From: an uncultured bacterium | GTDB taxonomy: Bacteria; SAR324; NAC60-12 | DNA: 48,906 nt | NCBI GenBank assembly: GCA_965662845.1 | Contig: CBFIJD010000023.1 | Span: 1-48,906, forward strand | Direction of reading: 5' to 3' | Part shown: positions 1-10,300 of the stretch, in pieces | Layout: every line of letters starts with the position of its first letter | Position numbering within the stretch: the stretch's first letter is position 1 | The notes under the pieces: model-generated | What the model was told of the DNA's origin: nothing | Database searches by the model: none | Seen by the model: only the letters and a program-made list of their open reading frames with translations | Translations under genes and position numbers: made by a program

Positions 1-24
1 TGTGCACCGCAGGCGGTCTGCCTT

Positions 25-1090
25 CGGTTCATCCCCACGTGCGTGGGGAACAGGAGTCAGAGCAGCAAATACGACTCCGCAGAGGCGGTTCATCCCCACG
101 TGCGTGGGGAACAGGATCGGTCAGCACGCCGTTGATCCCGCGCCCTGGGTTCATCCCCACGTGCGTGGGGAACAGTTGGCCCAGACATCGCGCTGCGTCA
201 TTCGGGGCGGTTCATCCCCACGTGCGTGGGGAACAGTCCTGCAGGTTTATGCGCGTTGATGAGCGGAGCGGTTCATCCCCACGTGCGTGGGGAACAGCTA
301 CAACTATGATCGTTGGTACTACGATGGGACGGTTCATCCCCACGTGCGTGGGGAACAGCGGTTGTAATCGCTGGCGTATTGGCTCGACCCCGGTTCATCC
401 CCACGTGCGTGGGGAACAGGACAGCCTGCTGCGGGGTCTCTCCCGCATCAACGGTTCATCCCCACGTGCGTGGGGAACAGTGGAAATAAACGCGAACGGC
501 GAGCTGCTGCTACGGTTCATCCCCACGTGCGTGGGGAACAGAGTGTTCGGGAGTACACCGAGCACTGCGGCCGCGGTTCATCCCCACGTGCGTGGGGAAC
601 AGTTCTGCTAATAATGTCAAGAAATCAACAGCGCCGGTTCATCCCCACGTGCGTGGGGAACAGCGTAGAGCGCTATTTTGTTTAGAAGGGCATTCTGGTT
701 CATCCCCACGTGCGTGGGGAACAGTCGTTGGTCGGTCAACCTGGTAGCGGGAAATCCGGTTCATCCCCACGTGCGTGGGGAACAGTGAGCGCATGATTAG
801 CAATCAGATGGTCAGACCGGTTCATCCCCACGTGCGTGGGGAACAGTCAGGATTCTAAGTGCAGTTTGCATTTGGATACGGTTCATCCCCACGTGCGTGG
901 GGAACAGGGGGAGCATCGTGATGCCTGAGCCGCCCAGCACGGTTCATCCCCACGTGCGTGGGGAACAGGGTCTCAAGGGGGTGGATGTGAAGCACTCCGG
1001 CGGTTCATCTCCACGTGCGTGGGGAACAGGTAATACTCAACGGTATTGTCATCCAGCGCTGCGGTTCATCTCCACGTGCGTGGGGAACAG
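25..1090 (-). CRISPR. Type I-E CRISPR array: 18 repeats of 29 bp (transcribed sense CTGTTCCCCACGCACGTGGGGATGAACCG), 17 complete 32-bp spacers plus a partial spacer at 1-24; truncated by the window edge
   Basis: CGGTTCATCCCCACGTGCGTGGGGAACAG recurs with exact 61-bp period at 25, 86, 147 ... 1001, 1062; palindromic stem; unique spacers; adjacent to I-E cas genes. Confidence 0.99.
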
Positions 1091-1172
1091 ACCAACTCTA
1101 ACTCATTGATATTGAAAAGAAAAATTAACTCGAATTTTTCTACCAATTAAATTCGCTTGAATTAGGTTGGTT
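1091..1172 (-). promoter_or_regulatory. CRISPR leader with IHF site and upstream motif
   Basis: AT-rich; minus strand TATCAATGAGTTA (1099-1111) matches IHF consensus WATCAANNNNTTR at -9..-21 from the first repeat; TTGGTAG at 1140-1146 (about -50), as in I-E leaders. Confidence 0.85.
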
Positions 1173-2401
<1,229 letters not shown>

Positions 2402-2411
2402 GGCAACCCTC

Positions 2412-3098
2412 TCAATATCGTCGAATCAAAAGCAGCCCACAACCAAAGGTTTTCGACTTTCCCAAGCCCTGAAAGAGGGTCTGTCGGAAGACATCCACTT
2501 CTTTGATTGTCAACACACCCTGAAAATCGACGCTGCTGAACCGCACAGGCTGCCCAGACCGCTTGGAGTGGCTGAGATGCTGCTGATAGGCCTCTACTGT
2601 GACTTGGTTTGGCAAGACCTCAAACCCGTGCGCTGCTTGTCGGGACTCTAGCCATCGCAGGCAGCTGCGCTGAATCAGTTGTTGCATGGGAGGCTTTTCT
2701 CGAGGAGGCAAGCGCTCATAGTTGAGTTGTCTCTTTTCATGCATCACCACGTCGTGGCGCTGTCTCTTTCCTTCAGGGGAGGTGACCGTGATGACGGGGT
2801 TGGCGCGCAGGCTGAAAACCAACCGTTCGCCCGCCCTCAGCTGGGGGTTGTAGGGTTTGGGAGGGTCGATGGACCAGATGCCGGAGGTATCAACGGGGAC
2901 ACGTTGCGAGACCACATAGTACTTGACGTGCCCGTTTTCGATCACTTGCCGATATAAAAAATCGCGCTCAGCGTCCGGATCGGAGTCAAAGAGAGTCCAG
3001 AGGGCCTGGTGTTCTCGGTAAACATCTTGAACGAGAGTCTGCGCCAGGCGCTGGGGGGCGAGCGTGGTGTTGAACGAGAGGCGTGTAAAATACATCAC
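2412..3098 (-). CDS. cas6e: Cas6e/Cse3 crRNA endoribonuclease
   Basis: YREHQALW.LF, FSLRANPV, C-terminal G-rich loop GLGKSKTFGCGLL. Confidence 0.95.
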   Translation of the reverse strand: MMYFTRLSFNTTLAPQRLAQTLVQDVYREHQALWTLFDSDPDAERDFLYRQVIENGHVKYYVVSQRVPVDTSGIWSIDPPKPYNPQLRAGERLVFSLRANPVITVTSPEGKRQRHDVVMHEKRQLNYERLPPREKPPMQQLIQRSCLRWLESRQAAHGFEVLPNQVTVEAYQQHLSHSKRSGQPVRFSSVDFQGVLTIKEVDVFRQTLFQGLGKSKTFGCGLLLIRRY

Positions 3099-3832
3099 TC
3101 TCCTGTTTGCTGAGCAGTGTAGAACTCATCCCGATTGGCAAACTGCCAGCGTTTGCGGCTGCTCACTTGATCACGACGCGGATAAGTCATGCTTGGTTTC
3201 AGGCCGCGTTGTTCATCGGTGAGCTTGCCCTCCTCCCAGAAATAGCTGACCAGCGCAGACGGGGGGAGATGCCCTGTCCAAGGAGCTGCTTGCGCCAAGG
3301 GATAAGCATCAAACGCCTGTTTCAAGCTCACCGCTGCACTGAGCACTGGATGCAAGGGCAAACTGACTGGGCACGACTTACGCCCCAAATACAGGTGGAA
3401 CACCGGCTGTTGCAAATGCTGCTGCAAGGTCGCCAAGGAATAGACGGGCGGTTCTACCACAGCCCACACCGCCACCTGATAAAACGCATCGGTGCGGTAA
3501 TCACGCTTCGACAAAATCGTATTCAGGTTGAGCTGATCCAGCAGCAACTCATCGCGACGACTGGCAAATTGGCGCTTACCGCTCGGTACTTGCACCGTGT
3601 GGTAATCACGCAACACTTCCCCATGTGCCCTTACGCAAACGGCGACCGCGTATTGCTGCGACAGCTGCGCATGCGCGGCCTCATTCTCGCGCTCAATCCC
3701 TAAAGCGGCCGCCAACAAACCCACCACCGCAGACTTGGTCGGGTGCCCAAGACTAGGGCGATCTTCACCCACCGCGATATCGCCCCAAGAAGCCAACGCT
3801 CCATAGAGTTGAAATACCAAAAAGTCCGGCAT
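3095..3832 (-). CDS. cas5e: Cas5e/CasD Cascade subunit (start moved to ATG 3832)
   Basis: LYGALASWG...RPS...PTKSAVVGLLAAALG, LRDYHTV, LYLGRKSCP. Confidence 0.95.
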   Translation of the reverse strand: MPDFLVFQLYGALASWGDIAVGEDRPSLGHPTKSAVVGLLAAALGIERENEAAHAQLSQQYAVAVCVRAHGEVLRDYHTVQVPSGKRQFASRRDELLLDQLNLNTILSKRDYRTDAFYQVAVWAVVEPPVYSLATLQQHLQQPVFHLYLGRKSCPVSLPLHPVLSAAVSLKQAFDAYPLAQAAPWTGHLPPSALVSYFWEEGKLTDEQRGLKPSMTYPRRDQVSSRKRWQFANRDEFYTAQQTGE

Positions 3833-3834
3833 GA

Positions 3835-4899
3835 TCACGCCTCCTTTGCGCATTGGAGGACGTCTGCCAAGCTCCCCTCGACCCCTTCATCTGTCACGAA
3901 GAAAGCGCTCCGTTGCTCAGCACAGCGGCCATAGGCCTGATCCATGTGCTTCAGGGTGTCATCAAGGCGCTTGCGCGCTGTGGTCAGCATGTCGCCACTG
4001 CGGACGGGTTTCAGAAAGGCCACGGACAGGGAGCGTGGCTGCTGGTTCCCCGTTTCACAGAGCAGATAAGAAGCGCGTGCGCGTGACGCGAAACTGTTCT
4101 GTTTCCCGGCTGGCGCCACGGTTGCTGCGGCTTCGATCAAGGCCGCCAGCGTCTGATTGGCCAGTTCAGTATCGTCGGAGAGGTTCTTTACCAACAAATC
4201 CTTGTCGATGCACAGGTACAGGTAAAACAAGCCTGCGGCGAATTCGGTCTCGCCCAGATGCGATGCGCCCGCGTCATCTGCACCGCTATTCAAGTCATCC
4301 ACCGCCGTGAAGAAGTCATCCTCAACCACGATGGAATGAACGCTGATGGCATGAGCCACTTGGGCCGCGGCTTCGGTGTTAAAAGCGGGAGAAGAAGCCA
4401 ACATTCTGCCAAACAGCGCAATATCTGCTGCCGTATGCTTTTTGCGTAACAACGCCAATTCACTGTCTTCAGGCTTAGTTTTGCGTTCAGCAATGGTGGC
4501 AACTAACGTATTGATCAATTGCTCTTCTTCAGGGCTGAAATGCGCCAATTGTTCAATCTCCAGCTCTTGCAGTTCGTTGTTTTTATCGGCTTTCTTGAGC
4601 TTGCCAAACCGCTCTGCAATCAGTTTTGCCCACTCCATCGCGTCTTTCTTGGCAATGCCCTCTTCGCGTAATTGGTTAAACACCTGAATGCCCATATCCT
4701 TGGTGCGTGTGCCGATATGCCCTTTCAGATTGTCAGCAAATACTTCGGAAGTGCGCCAGGCCCGCTTCAGGCTTTGAGAAGAGACGCGCAAGCGTGGTTC
4801 ACCACCCATCATCGCGGTTTTAGGGCGACCTAAATCATCACGATTTAAGTTGGCGGGTGGATAAGAAGTTAGCAAATGCAATTGAACAAAACGGCTCAT
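3835..4899 (-). CDS. cas7: Cas7/Cse4/CasC Cascade backbone (start moved to ATG 4899)
   Basis: FVQLHLL..YPPANLNRDD.G.PK..RVSSQSLKRAWR, DIALFGRM, DFFTAVDDL, GKQNSFA; AGGAGA RBS. Confidence 0.97.
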   Translation of the reverse strand: MSRFVQLHLLTSYPPANLNRDDLGRPKTAMMGGEPRLRVSSQSLKRAWRTSEVFADNLKGHIGTRTKDMGIQVFNQLREEGIAKKDAMEWAKLIAERFGKLKKADKNNELQELEIEQLAHFSPEEEQLINTLVATIAERKTKPEDSELALLRKKHTAADIALFGRMLASSPAFNTEAAAQVAHAISVHSIVVEDDFFTAVDDLNSGADDAGASHLGETEFAAGLFYLYLCIDKDLLVKNLSDDTELANQTLAALIEAAATVAPAGKQNSFASRARASYLLCETGNQQPRSLSVAFLKPVRSGDMLTTARKRLDDTLKHMDQAYGRCAEQRSAFFVTDEGVEGSLADVLQCAKEA

Positions 4900-4931
4900 A
4901 AAAATCTCCTGAGAATCGTTAAAAATTGGAA

Positions 4932-5423
4932 TTAGGCGGTTACATTTTCGGGGGTGTTGGGGAAGTAAGCAAAGGCCCAATCGCGTTTGACATGATCCCC
5001 CCAATAATAAACAGAGTTCGCCACGTCATGCAGATTGGCTTGATTGCCCAACATACGCAGGACGCGGATCATCGAGACATACAAATCAGCGCGGTCACGC
5101 TGAAGTAATCGGCGGAAGCGCAACTCACTCACCACTGGAGGACTGCCTGCCATTTGCCGTGCTAACGCTTGTTCGGGGTTGGTGTGGCGGATATGTGCCA
5201 TCAATCCCAGCACAGCCGCTAAACGCAATTCCCATTGCTCTTCCTCGTTGAAAAAAGGCTTGAAGCGTACGCAAGCTCGGTGAAATACGGGTAATAACAT
5301 CACGTCATTCACGGTTTTAGCGCGGCGCAGTTCAGCTCGATCACCGTTACGCTCTTGCAAGTCCGTCCACCATTGTTGCAGGACTTCACCTAACGGTCTG
5401 TCGGCGTCAAATTTACCTTTCAT
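4932..5423 (-). CDS. cse2: Cse2/Cas11/CasB small subunit
   Basis: GDRAELRRA, VSELRFRRLLQ, W...YF end; lies between cse1 and cas7. Confidence 0.93.
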   Translation of the reverse strand: MKGKFDADRPLGEVLQQWWTDLQERNGDRAELRRAKTVNDVMLLPVFHRACVRFKPFFNEEEQWELRLAAVLGLMAHIRHTNPEQALARQMAGSPPVVSELRFRRLLQRDRADLYVSMIRVLRMLGNQANLHDVANSVYYWGDHVKRDWAFAYFPNTPENVTA

Positions 5424-7078
5424 GCGGTCTCCTTCTTGGGTTTTCGGGTTTTACGGGCTCTCTCTTCATTGAGCGGGAGCTGCAACATTTTCTTGATTTT
5501 TTTGCTGTAGCACAAATTCCTGAGCTTAGCGCGGGCATCAGCCACCCGACGTGGGTTGGCTTGTGCGATGTCACCTTGTGCTGCCCAATAATCAAATAAA
5601 TCGAATGCTGCGCTGCGTAAGGTGTCGTGCCATGCATGCAGAACCGTTTGATCTGTGTGATCGACTAACTTGGTTTGCAGGTCTTTTACGGCCTGATAGA
5701 ACTCGGTTTCAGTGTGCTGATAGAAACTTTTCGTCAGAAACGAGACATCCCCCTTGGCATCTCCCGGACGCTTGAACCAGGCCTCTTTCACACAAGAACG
5801 CACAAAACTGGCAAATTCGGCAGACGCTTCGGTTAGGATTTGCACTCGTTTGGCAAAATCAGACCGGATGTCTTCTGCCACTATCAGTAGCGGAAATGTT
5901 GTTTCGTACCAACAGCGGGCTTTGTTTTCTCCATCAATCTCATAACCAAAAGTAAAAAGTCTAAACTGCTCCCCATAGCTTTCGGCTAGTTGAGAATAAC
6001 GCTCTGCGACTAATGCAGGATTTTGTTGATCGGTTTTCTGAACAAGACCAAACCAATGCTGATATTGCAAACCATTAGTAGGAACACGTATTGGTCTACC
6101 AACACCCTGTTCGTCTAACCTATGTGGAGACATTGGATTTCTCCAATCACCAATATAATCAACCCCAAAAGTTTGAATTTTGAAGCCCGAAGAATATGAT
6201 TCAGATGTTACTCCACATAGATCACAACAACACTCTTGCTCATATAAATCTAACCGAATACGACAAGGCATTGGCCAAAAAACTTGAAATCTACTTACGA
6301 CATCTGGAGAAGTACCTACTCCGCCATCAATGTACACCTGAACTTTCTTATTTCCCTCCTTAACTTTTTTGGATGTACTAACCCTAGTTCTTCCCATCCA
6401 AGGAAATAAATCAGACTGATATTCTACTGGTTTCCCTTCAGGCAATCGCGCAAGCCAATTCTCATCAAGCACATTCAACCATACGCTAGACCAAAGAAGT
6501 CTATCCACTAAGTCCAAGGAAGATTCAGTATCAAGAACGACTAATGATGTCATCGCTCCTTTCCCGCGCAAAGATACTCTATGACTCGCTCCAAACCCTT
6601 GTGTGTTTAGTTGAAAGCTAAATAGTGCTATTGCAGTACAGGATAAACACATCTTTTTATACTGATTTCTTTTAAAAAAATGATCTTTATTAAGTTTGGA
6701 TGTGTTTTCACCCGGAGCCTCCATAACAAGCCTTTCAATTGACCAAAGGCTTCCTTCCAATGGCTCGAAGTCTTGCATGAACGAACCTTTTTCACCTTGC
6801 AATGCAAACGCATCTGCATACGGGGCAAACCGCGCTCTCAAGACCTCTGGTGTGGGCGGCTCTTCTAACCATGTAGCCCAATCATGGTGATGTTTAGGCG
6901 TGGAGGTGGTTTGCAATAACCCAATCAAGAACTGCATCAAAGCCCCATTAAAGTCGGGTCTTGGTGCGTTCAAGGTAATCACAGGGTCATCGGTTTCTGT
7001 CAGTTGCCACGGCGCGATGAGTGTGTTTACTCCACTCTTACGACGGATCGGTATCCAGGGGTCGTTAATCAGATTCAT
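5420..7078 (-). CDS. cse1: Cse1/Cas8e/CasA large subunit
   Basis: MNLINDPWIPIR, RPDFNGALMQFLIGLLQT, FMQD, CxxC, SLRG, WPMP.RIRL, CDLCG, KARCWYE. Confidence 0.95.
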   Translation of the reverse strand: MNLINDPWIPIRRKSGVNTLIAPWQLTETDDPVITLNAPRPDFNGALMQFLIGLLQTTSTPKHHHDWATWLEEPPTPEVLRARFAPYADAFALQGEKGSFMQDFEPLEGSLWSIERLVMEAPGENTSKLNKDHFFKRNQYKKMCLSCTAIALFSFQLNTQGFGASHRVSLRGKGAMTSLVVLDTESSLDLVDRLLWSSVWLNVLDENWLARLPEGKPVEYQSDLFPWMGRTRVSTSKKVKEGNKKVQVYIDGGVGTSPDVVSRFQVFWPMPCRIRLDLYEQECCCDLCGVTSESYSSGFKIQTFGVDYIGDWRNPMSPHRLDEQGVGRPIRVPTNGLQYQHWFGLVQKTDQQNPALVAERYSQLAESYGEQFRLFTFGYEIDGENKARCWYETTFPLLIVAEDIRSDFAKRVQILTEASAEFASFVRSCVKEAWFKRPGDAKGDVSFLTKSFYQHTETEFYQAVKDLQTKLVDHTDQTVLHAWHDTLRSAAFDLFDYWAAQGDIAQANPRRVADARAKLRNLCYSKKIKKMLQLPLNEERARKTRKPKKETA

Positions 7079-9848
7079 ACTTTGTCTCCTTTGTTACGAG
7101 TTCGACGTCTGCCATCAACCCAAACTGTTCGCTGTAAACAAAACTTACGCTCTCTTGTTTGGCGTTCTGAGCCGTCCCTTGCCAGCGACCATCTGCAACC
7201 GGCTGCAGCGGTAGCAACACGCCCCATTTTCCTTTGGCTGGCAATTGACTCACTTTAAATTGATCCAGCTCCGCTTGGCTCAGACCCGGAATGGCGGCTT
7301 CTGTGGCGATCCAGTAAGTGCGCATGGAGACCGCACTCAAGGGCCACTCATGATCTTGGCTGTCTGCCCAAGGCAACAACACGCCATCCTGCCACTTGGC
7401 GAGATACACCATGGTCGTTTCTTCACCCAAGCGCGTTGGGGTTTTGGCTTCATCCCACCAGCGATTGGTAGAAGCGTCGGTGTAGCCCACCTCCATCGAC
7501 AAAGCACTCAAGCGGGCAAGGCTGGCCTCAGCGCGGTCTCCTCCTTCCGCTTCGTTGCTTGCCCTCCGCAAGCCCTCTGGAATGTCGTCCTGTGCTTCAT
7601 CACCATAAACACCTTCCATCAACGTGCGGGCATCCTCTGGCATTTGAAATTTGCCCTGTCGCTGCAACCGTCTGGCGGTCAACCACAACTGTCCGTGGTG
7701 GTCGTAGACCTTCTGTGCATTCGGAAAAAAATCAGCAATCCATCGCGCTGGGGGAGCGTCCGTAACTACGGGCGAATGAATGTGCAAAGTGACCGCTCCC
7801 CGTTGATCATCGCCCTGAATCCGATTGCCCAAGGCATCGCGGGTATGTCTCCGCAAACGCCCGGCGCGCTGGATCAGCAAATCAATCGGCGCAAGATCGG
7901 TAATCAGCGTGTCAAAATCCAAATCTAAAGACTGTTCAACGACTTGGGTCGCAATCAGGATTTGCCCACGCCGCGACTCGGCAGTGCTGTTTTTGTCAAA
8001 GCGTGCGACTACCCGTTTTTCGATGGCGATACGATCCCCCAAGGCATAACGGGCGTGGAACAAATCCACCTGCCAATCGGGGTGTCTCGCTTTGATTTGT
8101 TGATAAGCCTCAATCGCATCCTTGACCGTGTTACGAATCCAGCACGCGCATTGCCCCTGTTCGAGAGTACGGCTCAGTAAATCCTCAACGGCTTGCCGTT
8201 CTGACAGGAACTGAACACTCACCTCACGCTTAACACTCGCGCGAGTGGCCACCACTTGTTCCCGCAAGCCTTGCGCGTTTAAGCAGCTCATCAGTGGATA
8301 AGACTGGTCATCGGTAGCCTGTAAAGCGGGTTTGCTCCAACGTTGCCCTTCGGCATAAGCCTGCAACAGGGCTTGGCGTTGTTTTTTCGGCAGTGTGGCA
8401 GACAAGAGAATGACGCTCCCACCAGCGGTGGCATGAGCGCGAAGCAAAGCACATAACAATTCGTGCATATAGGCGTCACAGGCATGAACCTCATCCACCA
8501 ACAAAATCTTGTGCATCAATCCCAGCAAACGCAGCGACTGGTGACGTGCAGGCAAGATAGCCAACAAGGCTTGGTCCACCGTGCCAATGCCAATGTCCGC
8601 GAGTAGCGCTTTTTTGCGGTTATCAGCCAACCACGCATTGCAATGCGCGCCTGCGGAGGTCGTACCATCACCGTAGTGGTCTGCTGTTGCAGGTACTTCA
8701 GGGAGTAGCGATCGCCGGAAGTCAGCCGACATCTCGCTGGCGCCGTGTGCCAGAATCAAAGAAGGGCTTTTTCCACCAGCAAACAACCTGCGGTACACGT
8801 CCTTCATGCGGGAGTACATGGTGTTGGCTGTCGCCATCGTCGGCAAAGCGAAATACACACTATTGCCTTGTCCAGCTTGCATCAGGCGATGGGCTAACAG
8901 TACGGCTGCCTCTGTTTTGCCTGCACCTGTCACATCTTCCAGAATGAATAAGTGCGGACTTGCGGGTAATTCCCATGCTGAGACCATCTCCTGCAAAGGG
9001 GTTGGTGCTGGGACGGTCTGCGGTTCAACCTCAATCAAGTCGGCTAAGGTCAGAGCGTTGGATGGATGACAAGACAGCAATTCGGCCTGTTGTATGGCTC
9101 GTTCTGCCCGCTGCTTTGCTTGCTCCCAATACTGATCCAATGGCATTGCTTGGCTTTGATAAGGGAAAAAGTCTGTATTCGAACCTAACCAGTCACTCAA
9201 TACCGCCAAGCCCGACAACCACCACGAAGCCCATTGAATCGCTTCTGTGCGACAAGCGGGAAAAACGGGCGATTCATCAAAAAGTATAGGGATCAAATCA
9301 GCTACAAACGTGGCTGCCGCTGCAAAATCATTGTCTTCATCAAAGTCGTCGCGGAGTAGGCGGGTAGTGCTTGGTTGGGGCGGTTGCCCGTGATGGCCGA
9401 CCATTGCCCCCATCCAGACATCCAAAGATTCATTAGCAGTCGAAGGACGACGCTTTGTGCCGGGGGAAATCATGCCTTTCTCTTTGAAATATTGGGAAAG
9501 GTGTTTTTTCCACAGAATCCAGCCCAATGAATCATGGCGCAGCCCGTATTGCCTCTGGCTGGTGCGCTGTTGGAGTTTCCCCAATACATCCGCATTCAGA
9601 CTTTGAAAGCTGTCGGCAAATTTCCCAATGTCGTGCAAAGCGAGCAGGAACGTAAACCATTGAATGAATTGCGGCTCGCTCAAATCTGTTAAACGTAAGA
9701 GATGACGGAGATAGGGATGCTCTCGCTGGAGCAGCACCTGTCCCACCGCCGCTACATCCAACGAATGATAAGGCAACAAATGATACGTCTCTTCAGAGGC
9801 AATCGGTGGTTTCGCCTTGCCCCAATACTTAAAATAGCTTGCTTTCAT
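7065..9848 (-). CDS. cas3: Cas3 HD nuclease/SF2 helicase (ATG 9848; alternative GTG 9854)
   Basis: YWGK, HSLDVAAV, HDIGK HD domain; TGAGKT, DEVH, SAT, ATQVVEQSLDLD, QRAGRLRRH helicase motifs. Confidence 0.98.
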   Translation of the reverse strand: MKASYFKYWGKAKPPIASEETYHLLPYHSLDVAAVGQVLLQREHPYLRHLLRLTDLSEPQFIQWFTFLLALHDIGKFADSFQSLNADVLGKLQQRTSQRQYGLRHDSLGWILWKKHLSQYFKEKGMISPGTKRRPSTANESLDVWMGAMVGHHGQPPQPSTTRLLRDDFDEDNDFAAAATFVADLIPILFDESPVFPACRTEAIQWASWWLSGLAVLSDWLGSNTDFFPYQSQAMPLDQYWEQAKQRAERAIQQAELLSCHPSNALTLADLIEVEPQTVPAPTPLQEMVSAWELPASPHLFILEDVTGAGKTEAAVLLAHRLMQAGQGNSVYFALPTMATANTMYSRMKDVYRRLFAGGKSPSLILAHGASEMSADFRRSLLPEVPATADHYGDGTTSAGAHCNAWLADNRKKALLADIGIGTVDQALLAILPARHQSLRLLGLMHKILLVDEVHACDAYMHELLCALLRAHATAGGSVILLSATLPKKQRQALLQAYAEGQRWSKPALQATDDQSYPLMSCLNAQGLREQVVATRASVKREVSVQFLSERQAVEDLLSRTLEQGQCACWIRNTVKDAIEAYQQIKARHPDWQVDLFHARYALGDRIAIEKRVVARFDKNSTAESRRGQILIATQVVEQSLDLDFDTLITDLAPIDLLIQRAGRLRRHTRDALGNRIQGDDQRGAVTLHIHSPVVTDAPPARWIADFFPNAQKVYDHHGQLWLTARRLQRQGKFQMPEDARTLMEGVYGDEAQDDIPEGLRRASNEAEGGDRAEASLARLSALSMEVGYTDASTNRWWDEAKTPTRLGEETTMVYLAKWQDGVLLPWADSQDHEWPLSAVSMRTYWIATEAAIPGLSQAELDQFKVSQLPAKGKWGVLLPLQPVADGRWQGTAQNAKQESVSFVYSEQFGLMADVELVTKETKYESD

Positions 9849-10300
9849 CGGCACTCATGGCGGTCTAAGTAAATTGAGAAGAAGAGTCGCGTCTGCTTGA
9901 AGTGATGATTAAACCTTGAAGAATCGCTCGATTGTAATGATAGACAAAACGCCAGATCGAGCCGAGAAGGCTCCCACGACTCTTTTGAAGACGAGAGAGT
10001 CTCTCCAGCGAAGCAGGAGACTTCGCCCCAATAAACAGGCGCTACCCCCGCGCAATCTGGAACCTCTCCCGCGCAGTAGATCAAATGCGAGACGGTAGTT
10101 ATCGCAGGGTTAAGGTAGAAAACAAGAGCTAAGTTGTAATTTGTATCTCAAAAAAGCCGAGGAGTTTACAATAGGCACAAGCGGAGACGAAAATCGTCAA
10201 TCATATCAGAGGGGATACAAATTTTACATTTGCGACACACAAGCTGCGTAGGAGAGATTCTTAGCAAGAAATCTGGTTTGGTGGTGGGCAGAAGAGAGAA

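Noticed and set aside
603..634. Possible self-targeting of the cas3 upstream region (CAAGAAATC shared with about 10265-10273)
   Set aside because: Only 9 nt and outside the seed; expected by chance. No spacer self-match was seen by eye in the window, but the search was not exhaustive
2..1109. ORFs of 70-190 aa over the array
   Set aside because: Translations of CRISPR repeats (GSSPRAWGT / RFIPTCVGN / VHPHVRGEQ), not genes
3835..5004. Extended N-termini in the ORF track (cas7 5004, cas5 3853, also 22940, 31685, 32535, 33169, 37587, 45321)
   Set aside because: Downstream starts have an RBS or stop/start coupling and match family N-termini
10040..10080. CCCGCGCA direct repeat as a degenerate mini-CRISPR (CreA/scaRNA-like)
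   Set aside because: Similarity to the array repeat is too weak; no hairpin or ATGAACCG handle
9845..10098. Small ORFs upstream of cas3 as possible regulator or anti-CRISPR
   Set aside because: No recognisable motif, weak starts, no clear RBS
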